Assembly: GCA_000697335.1 (NCBI GenBank)
Contig: JNEM01011735.1
Span: 1 to 51,034, forward strand
Origin: Conidiobolus incongruus B7586
Lineage: Eukaryota
Reading direction: 5' to 3'
DNA length: 51,034 bases
The notes under the pieces: generated by a model
Databases searched by the model: none
The model's input: only the letters and a program-made list of their open reading frames with translations
Told to the model about the DNA's origin: nothing
In this document: positions 14,345 to 27,486 of the stretch, in pieces
Layout: every line of letters starts with the position of its first letter
How positions within the stretch are numbered: the stretch's first letter is position 1
Made by a program: the position numbers and the translations under genes

Positions 14345-16313
14345 TTAGAGGAATTCGACACCGAGGCCAAGTTGGAATCCCTTGCGAATTTGGTCTCTAC
14401 TGTGCACACTGATGGGTAACGTGTAATTGGCTTCGAGTCGTACGCTCTGCAATTGGTACACCAGTCCAACGCCCGCTGACGAGGTGTTGGTCTTGTAGAA
14501 TGAGCTACTAGCTAAATGCTGTTTAGCTTGGGCAATAGCACTACAATCTGGAAATAAAATTATTACTTTGAAAACATTTATAATAATTTGAATATTAAAA
14601 TTACCTTGATTGAGTCTTGCCAAATTACCCATATTGAAGAAAGTGTGCCATTTAAGATTTTCAAAATTAAGTACTGGTAATTTACCAAATACACTTAAAC
14701 CAAGACTCCAGTAGAGATCACCTCCAAGTGAGCTACCTAAATGAAATTTTAACAAAATAGTAGATAATTTGACTTATTAAATACCTCTATCATGTTCACC
14801 CAATCCCCAAGTACGGAAACCTCGAATTGAAGTAGGACCTCCCAAGTGGAATCGATCAGCCAATAAGGAAGGCTTATCATCCAAAGGTAACAATAAACCA
14901 GACTGAACATTCATATTCACACTCTAAACCACAATTAATATTGAATTATAACAAACAATTATTTATAGTTTACAATAGAATTAGTCAAACGTTTAGCCAC
15001 TAGAGCATCTGCCTTCGTTTTAATAAATTTGGAAGTGCTATTGAATCCTGAGAGTTCCTAAAATTCATTCATTGATCAGCAAATATGATGAATTATATAA
15101 ATATTAAATTACTTGGAATAATTTGAATCTATATCCTTCATTAGGTAATGTAGGGTTATCCAAATTACCAATAGTATGAATATGTTTGATACTCGTCAAT
15201 AAACTATCGCCAGCTTCTTTTCGAATCCTATTTAATAAATTTAATGAATATTAAATTAATTATGATGGTTTGAGATGTTTACTCGGATGGTGATGAAAAG
15301 CCCATTCGAGTGACTGTTCTCCAAGTAGATCCTAGGGTGAGTTCGTGATGGCCTAGAGAAGAATTAGTCTAATAATATCAAAGTTAGTCAAAATATAATA
15401 AATCGATGATATGATTTAATACTTTAAAGGAGGCACCAATACCACGACTAATCAAATCGTGAGCGGCGTTCAATTGATAGTCAGCAGTAGAATCAAAGGC
15501 GAATAAATGTAAAAGACGATCTGGACGATGCAAGTCCAAGGGATTGAAATAATTTAGCTATATGGTTATTAATATTTGAGTTATGTTGATTGTATTGTGA
15601 TTTACTTGGTAGTTGTGTCTTGTTAAAGTACCAAATTTGGCACTTCCTTCCAATCTTTCACCTCCTCCGAATATGTTACGAATGGCAATAGAAGTATCCT
15701 AAGTCCAATATCAATATATCCGATAAATTATCGCTATATAATCTAAATAGTTACCAAACTACTCTCTCCCTCGCCAAATTCCGTACCGGTTTTAACTGTA
15801 AATTTAGGAATTTCCTTAACTTCCAACTCAACATTCAAAGCATTCTTCTCCATTGAGCCAGTATGAGGTTTAAAACTAATATCCACACTCTTAATCATAT
15901 CCAAAGCTTCCAACTTACCGCAAGCGTTCGTTACACTCGTCAAACACTGCTCCAAAGTCTCCGCATCAAACACTGGATTAAAAATATGCTGCAAAGCACT
16001 CTGTTTAGTATTTTTAATCCCCTTAAAGCTGACACTCTTGACACTAGCAGGTTCTTTAGCATTATTCTGTAACTATAACCAAAATTAATAAAAATTACTA
16101 AAAGTGAACAATTTTGAATTACTGTAAAGTTCAACTGTCGCAAAGCTAATAATTGAGCAATTTCTTCATCAGTCAATTGTTGATTTAAATTATTTAAAAA
16201 GTGAGTTTCGTTTTCAAAACTAAAGTGAGTTTCGTCCTGAATGAAATTAATTAATTAATATCGATTGAAATATATTTAGAGTTTACCACTTTGGAATTAT
16301 CATCCATATTCAT
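14345..16313 (-). CDS. SAM50: Mitochondrial outer-membrane SAM complex subunit Sam50 (Omp85/BamA family), ~11 exons
   Basis: POTRA-like N-terminal region (SVSFKGIKNTKQS...), RNIFGGGERL motif (~15650-15680), DRFHLGGPTSIRGF motif (~14815-14860), SLGGDLYW, and C-terminal beta strands GVGLVY...RLEANY...GFQLGLGVEFL*. Multiple ~50-nt GT-AG introns. The start codon could be 16313 or 16307. Confidence 0.9.
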
Positions 16314-16885
16314 CTTGAGTTTATTTGGTTTATTAAATAAATGAATAATTAATTGATCTTGATTTAAATATTTTGGAAGTTGGAACTGACATCAATGCTA
16401 TATCAATTAATCTTTACCCATTTATTATTTTATTGATATCATTTAATAATGTGGGATCAATATCAACGGTTGAATCAATTTAATAAACTATTATAGAAGT
16501 TAAAAAATTGCAATGATTAAATATAATAAAAACATTACTAAAAAATTATACAGTAGTTGCTAGGATTATAATAATTTTTGATTTGAAGCGATCTTATTTT
16601 GATTAAATCGATTTATTTTAAATGATCATAGGTCATATTGATTTTAAATATTGTTGATTCTTAAAGGATAAAGAAATATAAAATTTTGAGAGTTTGAATA
16701 TTAAAATAAAAAGATCATGGATTATAGACTAAATTATGAATATATAAATATGAAAAGTGAAAAGGAGGAATGAAGTACAATATACGATAATATAAAATTA
16801 CATATTATTATCGTAAATGATATTTTTCAAAATTGAATGATGAATAAAAACAAACAATTAATTGCTAAGAAATTAACTTTTACAA

Positions 16886-16957
16886 GCCTTCGTGGCCAAG
16901 TGGTAAGGCGTCTGTCTTGTAAACAGAAGATCGGTGGTTCAAACCCGCCCGTGGGCA
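16886..16957 (+). tRNA. tRNA-Thr(TGT), copy 1
   Basis: GCCTTCGTGGCCAAGTGGTAAGGCGTCTGTCTTGTAAACAGAAGATCGGTGGTTCAAACCCGCCCGTGGGCA, followed by a T-run. It differs at two positions from the copy at 18762, giving a T:T acceptor mismatch and TTCAA. Confidence 0.88.
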
Positions 16958-18761
16958 TTCTTTTTTCATGAAATTCTTAACAAGATTCTTAACTCTCTTC
17001 ACCATTAATAATATTATTGATGATAATTAATCAAAATAACCTCTTTGCAATCAATAATATACACACCTTTTATATAATCAATGTTAATATATTTTTTTGA
17101 TATAAATATTAATATCACAACAAATTTTCAAACTATTTTTAAATTTCAATTATTAAAAAAGTAAATATTTTGAAATAACTTGAGATTTTACAAATTAAGT
17201 GTAGTAAAATTATGTCGAGCCATTTTAATGAATTAAATTGAACTTAACTTTAAACTCATAATATTAACAAAATAAAAAATATACAAGTAAGCGTTAATAA
17301 ACACAAATAAAGAATGTTCAATATAAATTTTCACACAATCATATATTAAAAAATTACAATAAAATAATCTAAAATTAACAATTATCTAAATGTAAATCAT
17401 TAAAGACCCTTTTATTGATTAAACCTGTCAAAATTTTTGAATCCAATAAATATTATAAATGAGTTTAGTTCTATATGGAAAGAAATGGTAAGTTATAATT
17501 AATAATATATATTTGTATAAATCGCTCTATTCGTGAAATGAATCATTTAAATAAGTGATAAATTAGTAAATTGAATTTGAAATTGAAAGTAAAATGACCC
17601 TGATCAGAATTTAAATCTAAAATTCAATTTCAAAAACACAATTTTTGTTATTATATTTCTAAATGTTTTTGAATTTTGAATATGAACGGAATATCTTAAA
17701 AATGATATCTAATTATAATATAATCATTTTTGGAAATGCAATTTCTTGTGAATATATATAGATTCAAGAATAGGTTATATATAATTTCTCAATAGCGTAG
17801 ACAAATACTATTTAAATTAGATTAATGATTGATATTTAAGTAATATTTTAATAAACAACATCAAATATATTAAATCGTTTTAAATATATGTTGGATATAA
17901 TGTATAGATACTAGGAATATCCTCCATATTCAAGAGAGAAATGAATTGTATCAACATCGATTTCTAATATATTTTTATTATAGTAATTTATTATCATTCA
18001 TTTATAATCATAATTTTTCCTAATATCAAAGTTATAAGCATATGAATATAATTTGTAAATGATAAAAGTTTTTCAATCAATAGTTTTCGTAAAGATAAAA
18101 CATTTTTTAAAATCAAAGTGATGAAATATTACCTTGATATCTAAAATAATACTGTATAAATAAAATAAATATATAAAATTTACAAATATTTATATGATCT
18201 AATTGGACCAAAATTTTAAAGATTGTCCGAATTATTCAAGATTTTATATCAAAAATATATTATGATGAAACTGAAGATTTCTAATAGTTCATTTACATCA
18301 TGACTCCTATTAAAATATATATGAAATTTTCAATCATTTTTATTAGAAAATTGATTTGTATCAAATTTAGATTAGGTTCAAAATCAAGTTTGAAATATTG
18401 GTGGCTATATTGAAATCAACAAATATTATTGCTCCTTCAAACCAAATTTAATAATTTTAACCTCAATACGTAGTGATCCAATCAGAGAAGAGGAATTCAA
18501 ATTTGATAAAATTATTGAAATAAAATTAGGAAAAATTTTTAGAAAAGAAATATAAAGAAAGGAAAATTGTTTGATAACATGAAATTATAAAGAAAATGAA
18601 GAGTAAATAGAATAGAAAGTTGTTAAGTAAAAAAGAAGAAAAATTATAACAAAACAATAAAATTTAGATGGTGTGTAAGGGTATTAAATATTTGAAAATA
18701 TGTGAAAAATTAATTCAAATATAATGCAAAGATATATTAAAAATTAAAAAGTCACAATTAA

Positions 18762-18833
18762 GCCTACGTGGCCAAGTGGTAAGGCGTCTGTCTTGTAAAC
18801 AGAAGATCGGTGGTTCGAACCCGCCCGTGGGCA
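18762..18833 (+). tRNA. tRNA-Thr(TGT), copy 2
   Basis: GCCTACGTGGCCAAGTGGTAAGGCGTCTGTCTTGTAAACAGAAGATCGGTGGTTCGAACCCGCCCGTGGGCA forms a full cloverleaf with TTCGA and a poly-T terminator. Confidence 0.95.
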
Positions 18834-19076
18834 ATTTTTTCCCTAACATATTTACTAAACTTATAAGCTATTAAATTTTTCAAATAACAAATTTATTTTT
18901 TCAACTTTTAAAATATATCTTTTGTTAATTTATACTATTAAATTTCTAATATTTTTAATCACTTAACAATTTAATGATAATTTTTTATGTAAAATTTTTA
19001 CTTATTAATAATAAAAAATATTTTTAAATAAATATTAATTGTTAATGTAATTTTTTATGGATCAAGTAACAAATAA

Positions 19077-19526
19077 TTAAACAAAAGTGACAGATTGTTT
19101 ACCCCAATAAGGCATATTCCATGTCTCCAGATCAATTTGATCGTAGTCCGACCAGACGCTGTACACAAAGACGACCAAATTCCAAACAATAGGCCCTCCC
19201 TTAGTTTGAGCACCTACCAATTTAGGATCGAAAGTAGTAGTCCAATTATTAGTATTAAATAATCTTGGTGACTGCAGATCCCTTTGAGGCGAATTGACAG
19301 GACCCGAATTCATAGCCCAAAGTTCCACCTTAACTTCGATAGCTTGCTTGGGAGCGTCTGGTTGGATTGGATTCCATTTGATATCGAAAGGCACTCCTGT
19401 CTTAATTTCTGAAGGCGAAATAATATTCACAACATTTAAACTGTTTTGGCAAGCTGTAGCCCCTTGCGAATTTACTTCAACCAGTAAAAGTGCTTGAATC
19501 CAAGCTAATAAACTCAACTTTACCAT
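19077..19526 (-). CDS. Secreted protein of unknown function, array member 1 (149 aa)
   Basis: Intronless. Real start is MVKLSLLAWIQALLLVEVNS (signal-peptide-like) with a TATA-like run upstream. Carries family motifs IISP..IKTGVPFDIKW, VELWAMNSGPVNSP, SPRLF, GGPIVW, WNMPYWGKQSVTF. Confidence 0.85.
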   Translation of the reverse strand: MVKLSLLAWIQALLLVEVNSQGATACQNSLNVVNIISPSEIKTGVPFDIKWNPIQPDAPKQAIEVKVELWAMNSGPVNSPQRDLQSPRLFNTNNWTTTFDPKLVGAQTKGGPIVWNLVVFVYSVWSDYDQIDLETWNMPYWGKQSVTFV

Positions 19527-20011
19527 CTCTTCCAAACAATTACAAAAAAATTTACTAATATAGATTATCAACTGAACTGTAGCGTTATATATATACACTA
19601 TTAGTTTTTTCTCCATATCATTTATTTGCAATTCATCAATAAATAGTCGTGGATAATCCAAAAATTCCAAATTTTAATACCTAATTTGACACTTTAATGA
19701 CTCAAATATCAATCGAATTTTTGTTGATAATCGTCATATTTTAAATCCTCTCATCTATTTATATTATCTTTTGGATTTATCGAGATTTATTCAATATGAT
19801 ATATTTCATCCATTTGATATTTATAAAATTATCACAGTTACAGTATCGATAGTTGGAATTTTATTCCAAATATTTTGAATATTCTAGTGAACTATAACTT
19901 AATCAATTCAAAAGTTTAAAAGAATATCATTAATTAATATCCATATATTTGAATTTTTTATTGCATTTTAATAAATTGTCAGTAAAATAATTAACTAAAA
20001 TAGTATATTAT

Positions 20012-20641
20012 TTAATTTACAAATTGAACATCCTGGAATCCAAAATATTTAGTAATCCAACTACCCCAATCAATACTATCACTAACAGTACTAGAACTCT
20101 TCACAAACACTACAATCCTCCAACTATTGGAATCCGCGGAATTGCCTATACCAAACTCTGGGCCGGGTGTAAACACCCAGCTGGTTTTGTCAAATATTCT
20201 GGGCGATTCTAGTCTCTTTATGGGTGTTCCTTGAGGACCTAGATTCAAGCTCCAAATTTCAACTTGTGATTCCACGTGTGGCAGGTTTGGATCGGGCTGG
20301 ATGGGTTCCCAAGTGATTGTGAAGGGCATATTGATCTTGGCTCGTGATGGAGAAGTTATTTTGACTCTTTGCAGAGGGTTGTCACTGTATGATGATGGTG
20401 ATGGCGAGATGTTTGTGGTTAGTGATGGTGTTGGTTGATTGGTGTCTGTAGGTGAAATTGGTTGAACTCCGTAAGTTGGAACAGTAGTGAATGATGAAGT
20501 TGTAGCTGCAGTAGCATATGATGGAGTAGTAGTTGGCGATGATATACAACTTGTCATAGTCGGAACAGAATACTCGAAATCTGTAGCAACCTCAGCCCAA
20601 ACAACTACCAATTTCAATAACCATAAATAACTTGATTTCAT
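20012..20641 (-). CDS. Secreted protein of unknown function, array member 2 (209 aa, long S/T/P linker, most divergent)
   Basis: Start MKSSYLWLLKLVVVWA, then a ~70-aa S/T/P-rich linker, then RVKITSP..PFTITWEPIQPDP..VEIWSLNLGP..SPRIFD..WRIVVFVKS..YFGFQDVQF. Confidence 0.85.
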   Translation of the reverse strand: MKSSYLWLLKLVVVWAEVATDFEYSVPTMTSCISSPTTTPSYATAATTSSFTTVPTYGVQPISPTDTNQPTPSLTTNISPSPSSYSDNPLQRVKITSPSRAKINMPFTITWEPIQPDPNLPHVESQVEIWSLNLGPQGTPIKRLESPRIFDKTSWVFTPGPEFGIGNSADSNSWRIVVFVKSSSTVSDSIDWGSWITKYFGFQDVQFVN

Positions 20642-21440
20642 ATTGATTAAATAAAACAAATGAAATGCTATTATAACGTTCCCTATTAAGCTTTTATTTA
20701 TATTGTAATTTGCAACAATCTCCAATTAAATCATAATATTGGTAACCATTAATTGTTTCTCAGCCATCATAAAAATTATATTTATTTAATTTTTTCAATG
20801 ATCTTATTATATTTTTAGTTGAAAATATTATTCAAAAATAGTAGTTTGAATGCTTTAATAAAGTATAATAAAACGAAAATAATAATCTTGATATATAAAC
20901 TCTATCAATATATATTCAAAATATTTATTATTATCTTAATTGATAATATAGATTTAAAAAATTCAATTAAAACTGATAAATGAATCCTCAAAAAATTATC
21001 TTGATTTTATTTGAAAGTTTTATAAATATAAAATAGGCATTATTAATTAATAAATATATTTAATAATTTTTCTCATTAAAAAAATTGTTTTTATATTTAT
21101 CTTTAGTAGTCTTTAATAGATTTAATAATGAATTTATTTCATAATATACTCATAACAGAATTTTCTTATTCTAATATAATAAATATATTTGTTCATATTT
21201 TTAATCATTTATTAATACAAGTGCCAATTTATAAAATGATTAATAATTAGTAAAATAATCTATCAATAATAATACCTAAAATAATATTATTCGATTAATA
21301 TACTAAATTTATTAATCTACTAACCATTTTATATGGTAAAATATTAAACATTAACAAATATATTGATCAGTTGATGAAGATATGTAATAATTGGATATTA
21401 TTATTTCTGATGCTAAATTTTCTTACAAGCTCTTATTTAA

Positions 21441-21845
21441 TCATTCATCTCCTTGATCGTCACCGTCCTCACCCCCATCATCTTGACCTTCTTGTTCGCT
21501 GTCTTTGTTATCTTGATCACCTTCGTCATTTTCATTATCTAGGGCTTTAACTTTGTAGACAGGTGTAGGAGTTGGAACCACTGGAGTCTTGCATGGAGTA
21601 GTTGAAATTGGAACCACTGGAGTAGTTGAAATTGGATAAACGGGGGTAGTTGTACATGGTGTAGTGGGTATAGTAGTGCATGGAGTGGTCTTTGTAGTAG
21701 TACAGGGAGTCGTAGTGATCGTAGTACAGCTTGTAGTAGTAGTAGTGCAAGTGGTAGTCTTCTTCTTCTTGTGACGGTGCTTTTTCTTAGGCTCAATAGC
21801 TATTACATGAGCAACAGCAAATAAAATTAAATAGGATAATTTCAT
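21441..21845 (-). CDS. Small secreted Thr/Pro/Cys-repeat (mucin-like) protein with basic head and acidic tail (134 aa)
   Basis: Signal-peptide-like MKLSYLILFAVAHVIA, then KKKHRHKKKK, tandem TT(P)C(TT) and PVVPISTT repeats, and a D/E/G/Q tail. Forms a GC-enriched coding island. Confidence 0.85.
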   Translation of the reverse strand: MKLSYLILFAVAHVIAIEPKKKHRHKKKKTTTCTTTTTSCTTITTTPCTTTKTTPCTTIPTTPCTTTPVYPISTTPVVPISTTPCKTPVVPTPTPVYKVKALDNENDEGDQDNKDSEQEGQDDGGEDGDDQGDE

Positions 21846-24729
21846 TATTATTGTAAAATGAATTGATTATAAATTCAATTGTGAGCATGGTGGTAATTTC
21901 GGTTATTTATATTCTTCAGTAAATTTATCAGTAGGCTGAAGTGCTTCTAGTTAAACATCACTGTGACAAATAGTAACATATTCCATTAGCCATCTACCAT
22001 TATAATTTTATATTTATAAAAATACAACTCACTTCGTATTAATAATAAATTCATGAGAACTGGATTGTAAATTTTGCAATTAGCCACTAAATTGTAATTC
22101 ATATATTTAGTTATTTGCAAAAATTGGAAAAATTTTATTATCAAACTTAATCCAAATTTATAGTTGAATTGATCAAAAATATGAATTTGATACCTAAAAA
22201 TATAGATAAAAATTGCATTTTTAAATAAAGTCATAATTATCAAAATTTCAAAAAAAAAAGTTATAACGCGACCATTAAATAAACATAACTTTGCAAATAT
22301 TTCGATTATCAGCATATTATTGTTATTAGAGAGTAAATTATTATTCAAAATATTCCAAGTCAACAAATCTACATTATATATATTAAGGTTTGATAACTTA
22401 AAATATCAAAATTTTCAAAGCTTTAATATTAGTCTGATTTAGATTATTATAATTCAGAATTTTAACTGAAAACTTCGTTTAATTTAATATGAAAATATAA
22501 ATATTTACTCTACTATAAATTGCTCATGGTATATCATAAAATATTACATCAGTTTTTAGTAAATAATTATATAATTATCAAATAAATATAATCTATATAT
22601 AATGATTGTATTATATCCAAATTTATAAATTGAATAATTCATTGAATAATGTTCTATTCTTGATATACCAAGATTATGGTGGCTTATAGCCTTATATAAG
22701 ACATCGAGTATCTGTATAGTAATATCATTATAAAGTTACACATGGGTAAATAAAGCAAAATGATCATAAAAGGATACAAAATGATTAAATAGAGCGGCTG
22801 GCCAGTCACAGTTTATTTACAATTTAAAAAACATTGAAGGTTGGATTTTATTAAGAATATAATCACTTTATATTGAATAGAATAAAATATTCAAAATTCA
22901 TATATTTTATTTAAAAAATTTTATTTTTTATTAATAAGTATTTGGAATATTCATTTTAAATGATATATTTTTGGTCAATTTTTAAATTTTAAATATCGAA
23001 AATTTATTCAAATTATAATTCAATCAATATTTTTAGAATATAATAACAATGATTCATTATTTTAATTATTAAATTTCAAAAGTAACTTTTTCAATTTTGA
23101 TATAATTAGGTAGTTAATAAATATAATTATTTAAATAATCAATTAAATTCTTGAATTATAAAATATTATAATAATTATTATATTTATCTGATTTTGATTA
23201 TAAATTATTTTATTTAAAAAATATTAAAACCATGGTATTTTTTTAATATATAATAAATTTTAATTAAGAGACATTGTTCCAAATATATATATAATTATAT
23301 TGATTTTTGAATATATAATAATATGATGGATTTAAATTTATAATTATCATTGATTTAGTAAATTAATTGAATATTTCTAATAAGTTTATAAAATATGAAT
23401 TGGTAGAACAATAATATGAAAATTCTAATAATATTTTATTCTCCTTGATCTCAATATTTAGGTAGATTGAGAATATTATCAAAATATTTTTATTCAACAT
23501 GAAAAGAATTGAGATTATAAAAAACATGGTTCTAAATTAGAAAAATAATTAGTTCGATTTTAAATATATATATATATTGAATTATTACGATTTTTATATT
23601 AAATTACTTGAAGATCGTTATTTCAAATATTTTTCAACTCATTATATATTGTTTTTATAATTTTTATTTTATTTCCAATCCACAGATATTTTATTGTATA
23701 TCATCATATAATAAATAAATATGTTTTTAGACAATTTGAAGTTCTATTTGCATCCATGGTTATTAGATTGCTTTATTTCTACAAATATAAATAATATAAC
23801 TTAGATATGGGTTTTGCTTATAGGCATAGAATCTCACTATGGGATTTTATGGTTATCTGGAACGATTATAAATATAATAGTAGAGATTTATTATAATGAT
23901 ATATGTCGCTTTAAGTAGGCATTAATATATATGATAATAGTAAGGGTATCCTTGTAAATATGCTCAATATATTGATAGCTCATGTCCATGGTAATAAGGT
24001 TGTATAGGTATGAGAACCTTTTATATGGCATGCAATAAAGATTTGGTAAAATTACTCAAGAAATCATGGACTGATTTTGATATCAGAATATCGGAATAGT
24101 GCTTGAGTTATTTGTTCAAGTATAATTTAATATAATTCGACTAATGGTATTACAAAAATAATGATTAACTTAATTGACAAATATAAGGTAAATTAAGGAA
24201 CATAATAATATCTGTTTATTAAAACAAAATATCTATATAGATTATTAACTAAGGCAACTCAATGGATAAAATATTGGTTTTAGTTATTGTATATTTTTGA
24301 CAGGTTTTTCAATATCAAGTAAATACATAATGGATTGAACTAATGAATATTAATCACCATTGTATAAATCCTTGTCTGAGTAACATTAATGATATTAAAT
24401 CTATCATGTGGCATTAATATTAATAATGATAGATATCAATATTACATAGAATAATGAGTGAGATCTAGAATATTATATAATAAATAAAAGGTCGTAAATA
24501 GTCATTATTCTTTCAATCATGGCAAACTAATTACAAATTAAAAAAATATTATAAGCTCAAGTTATTGACAATCTCTAATGAATTTATAAACCCTGGTTTA
24601 ATAGATATAAATTTATAAATAATAATGTTAATATCTGTTTTATAGATGAAAATATGTTATTGTAATATTTTATAAATGAATATTTGCTTTATTATTATTA
24701 TTCTTATTATTAATTATATAATTATTAGA

Positions 24730-25227
24730 TTATTCGAATTTAACTTGTTGTAAACCAAAATAGGGCAAGTTATAGTTCTCCAATTGAATTTGGTCATAAT
24801 CAGAGTATACGCTATATACATAAACTGCTAATCTCCAAATAATAGGTCCTCCTTTGGTTGTAGCATTCACATATCTAGGATCGAAGGTGTAAGTAAAGCT
24901 ATTAGTATCGAATAAACGATCAGATTTGAAGTCAAGCATTGGAGTATTGACAGGACCAGCATTTCTGGCCCATAATTCAACTCGAACTTCAGTATGATTC
25001 TTTTTGGGATCTGGTCTGTCAGACTCCCAAGTAATGGTAAAAGGTTGGCCAGTTTTGATTTTGTCTGGTGAGGTGATATTAACACGTTCATAAGTAAGAG
25101 GAGGACAATCAGTTGGAGCGGAGGTTGGATAAGATGGTGAAGTTGTAGTGGTAGTAGGAGATGGTGCGTAAGTCAAAGCTGAGAGACCTTGAGCAAGTAA
25201 GATTAAAGAAGATTTGATACCAATCAT
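24730..25227 (-). CDS. Secreted protein of unknown function, array member 3 (165 aa)
   Basis: MIGIKSSLILLAQGLSA signal, T/P linker, then CPPLTYERVNITSP...VELWARNAGPVNTP...GGPIIW...YNLPYFGLQQVKF. TATA-like element at ~25288-25297. Confidence 0.9.
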   Translation of the reverse strand: MIGIKSSLILLAQGLSALTYAPSPTTTTTSPSYPTSAPTDCPPLTYERVNITSPDKIKTGQPFTITWESDRPDPKKNHTEVRVELWARNAGPVNTPMLDFKSDRLFDTNSFTYTFDPRYVNATTKGGPIIWRLAVYVYSVYSDYDQIQLENYNLPYFGLQQVKFE

Positions 25228-26983
25228 TATTAATAATATTATTGAATGTTAAGATATTTTGATGATTAACTATTGATGAATCGATTGCTTTATATACTCT
25301 TTAACTAGTGCATTTCTCAACAATTCTAATGCATAAAATTGCGTATTGAAAATTTGAGTGACTGTTGAACTTGAAAATGATTTAATCATTACACAATTAA
25401 AATATTAATTCACAATTTTAATTAAATCTATTTTTAACTAAATTATCACACTTAAAATTTAATGCAAATATTTTTGACTCTGTAATTACAAATGAGATTA
25501 TTTAATCAATAATGAATAAATTTAATTAATATTTTAAATAGAATTATAATGAAAAAAACTATTATTATTTTTACCACTGCTGCTCTTAGCTACTTGATGA
25601 ATTATATTTTAAACTGTCCATAGTCTTAAATAAGAGCTATTTTTAATTAGTACATAATTTTATTAGAAACAAGAATAATAATTATAGTGTACCTTAGTCC
25701 AATATGAGTTTTCGGTTAATTTTTACTTGGTTTTACAATATTTTTAAACCACCATGTATTGGTGTTATGATACACTCTTTTTATTCTATCCATGTTTTTA
25801 GTTAAATCTTGATATAGTTAATTTGTAATCTAAAAATAAAATTTTAATTTTGTCCAACATATTCTAAATATGTTAAAATTAGAAATTATATATAATTATT
25901 CAACATACCAATATCTTTTATAAATGAAAACATCTTTATAATGGAATTTTTGTCAAAGGATTTCAAAATATGAGACAAATAAGGATTAAACTGAAAACAA
26001 GGATAGAGTAAAAATGGTGCTTTATTAATTTGATTCAAAATTCGTAATTTGAAATTAGTGAAATTATAAAAATTTTTTATTATAATATAAGCTATTCTCT
26101 CTATAAATTTAATATATTTTTTCATTTAATTTAAATATATAGAAATTTTTAGTATTTTTATATATCTCAATATATGATTCACTAACTTCATTGAATTATG
26201 TGATTAAATATACAAAGTTTTTAAATTTGATTCAACTTAATAGCTGTGGCTATAAATTATTCATTGGTTGAGTAGTCTTGCAATTATCATGGAAATTTAA
26301 TATATCTATTGATTCCACAATATCTCAATTTAATAAATAACTGGTTATATACACCTTTATATTATTTAAAGTTATTTATTATCAATCAATTATTAAATCA
26401 AATAATTAATTATTTAATATATTCCTAAATTTATATCAGTAATAATGAATTATCTCTGATGAATAATTAAGAGTATTAAAAACTATCTTAATCAAAAAAT
26501 TAATTAAATTTTTAATAATTTGAGTATTCAATACAAATTAAAATAAATTGCATTATTTTTATTTTCTATTCAATGAAAAAGACTAATGATTAAGGATAAT
26601 CGAATGGATTAAAAACTTAGAATTGGATATTACGTTGATCTGTATATTTGATATAAGTTTTATTGGATTACCAAATTGAACAAACCAAGTACACTTTATT
26701 AAAAAACATACATAGAGTTTAGTCACTATTAAAATTGATCAATCACAAAAAATATTATAAGGATCAAATAGAGAAATTATTAAATGATAAATAGAAATAT
26801 ATATGAAATATAATTTGAAATTTGGAGAAAGAAATATGGTTAATAATTGTGTCCAAGATACGATATATAGCATTATATACAATATTGATAAAATATTAGT
26901 GGTATTAAAATAGATTAAGGATGAAAATATTTCTTACGTTAACTATACAAAATTTTATTTATAATAAAATTGAAGAATCCTAA

Positions 26984-27055
26984 GGCTCGATGGTTTAGTG
27001 GTATAATTCTCCCTTAGGGTGGGAGAGGTCCTGGGTTCGATTCCCAGTCGAGCCC
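26984..27055 (+). tRNA. tRNA-Pro(AGG)
   Basis: GGCTCGATGGTTTAGTGGTATAATTCTCCCTTAGGGTGGGAGAGGTCCTGGGTTCGATTCCCAGTCGAGCCC has perfect acceptor, anticodon and T stems, with anticodon AGG. Confidence 0.93.
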
Positions 27056-27486
27056 ATATACATCAAGTACTTATAATATTCTAAAATATTCATTTATTTT
27101 TTTAGATTCTAATTAAATATAAAAATTTAATATATTTCAATATTTTAAAATCTAAAATTATAACTATAATACTTCATTCACTATATGCAATTTAAAATAT
27201 TAGAAATAATTATTTCTAATTAATAAAATCACATAGTATATAAATATAATTCAAAAATATTCAATACATATATCTATGAATTACTGCTAGTATGAGAGAT
27301 CAATTGATGAAATCTACGCCATTAATGTGAATAATTTTTAATTTTTAATTTTGAATATGTGTCAATGCGACGTTAAGTTCGATAAAAATCTATTAATATA
27401 ATATTGATAGAATAGATATAATTGTAAATTATATCATATTATCCAACTTTTTTATTTTAGAAAATATGTTAATTATTTTGTATAAA

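Noticed and set aside
19527..20725. Upstream extensions of ORFs 19077-19670 and 20012-20725
   Set aside because: They start at non-ATG codons in AT-rich promoter DNA. The ATG plus signal peptide starts are at 19526 and 20641.
21547..21796. Tyr/His-rich and Leu/Gln-rich ORFs
   Set aside because: Alternate frames of the Thr-repeat gene, with no signal peptide or independent support.
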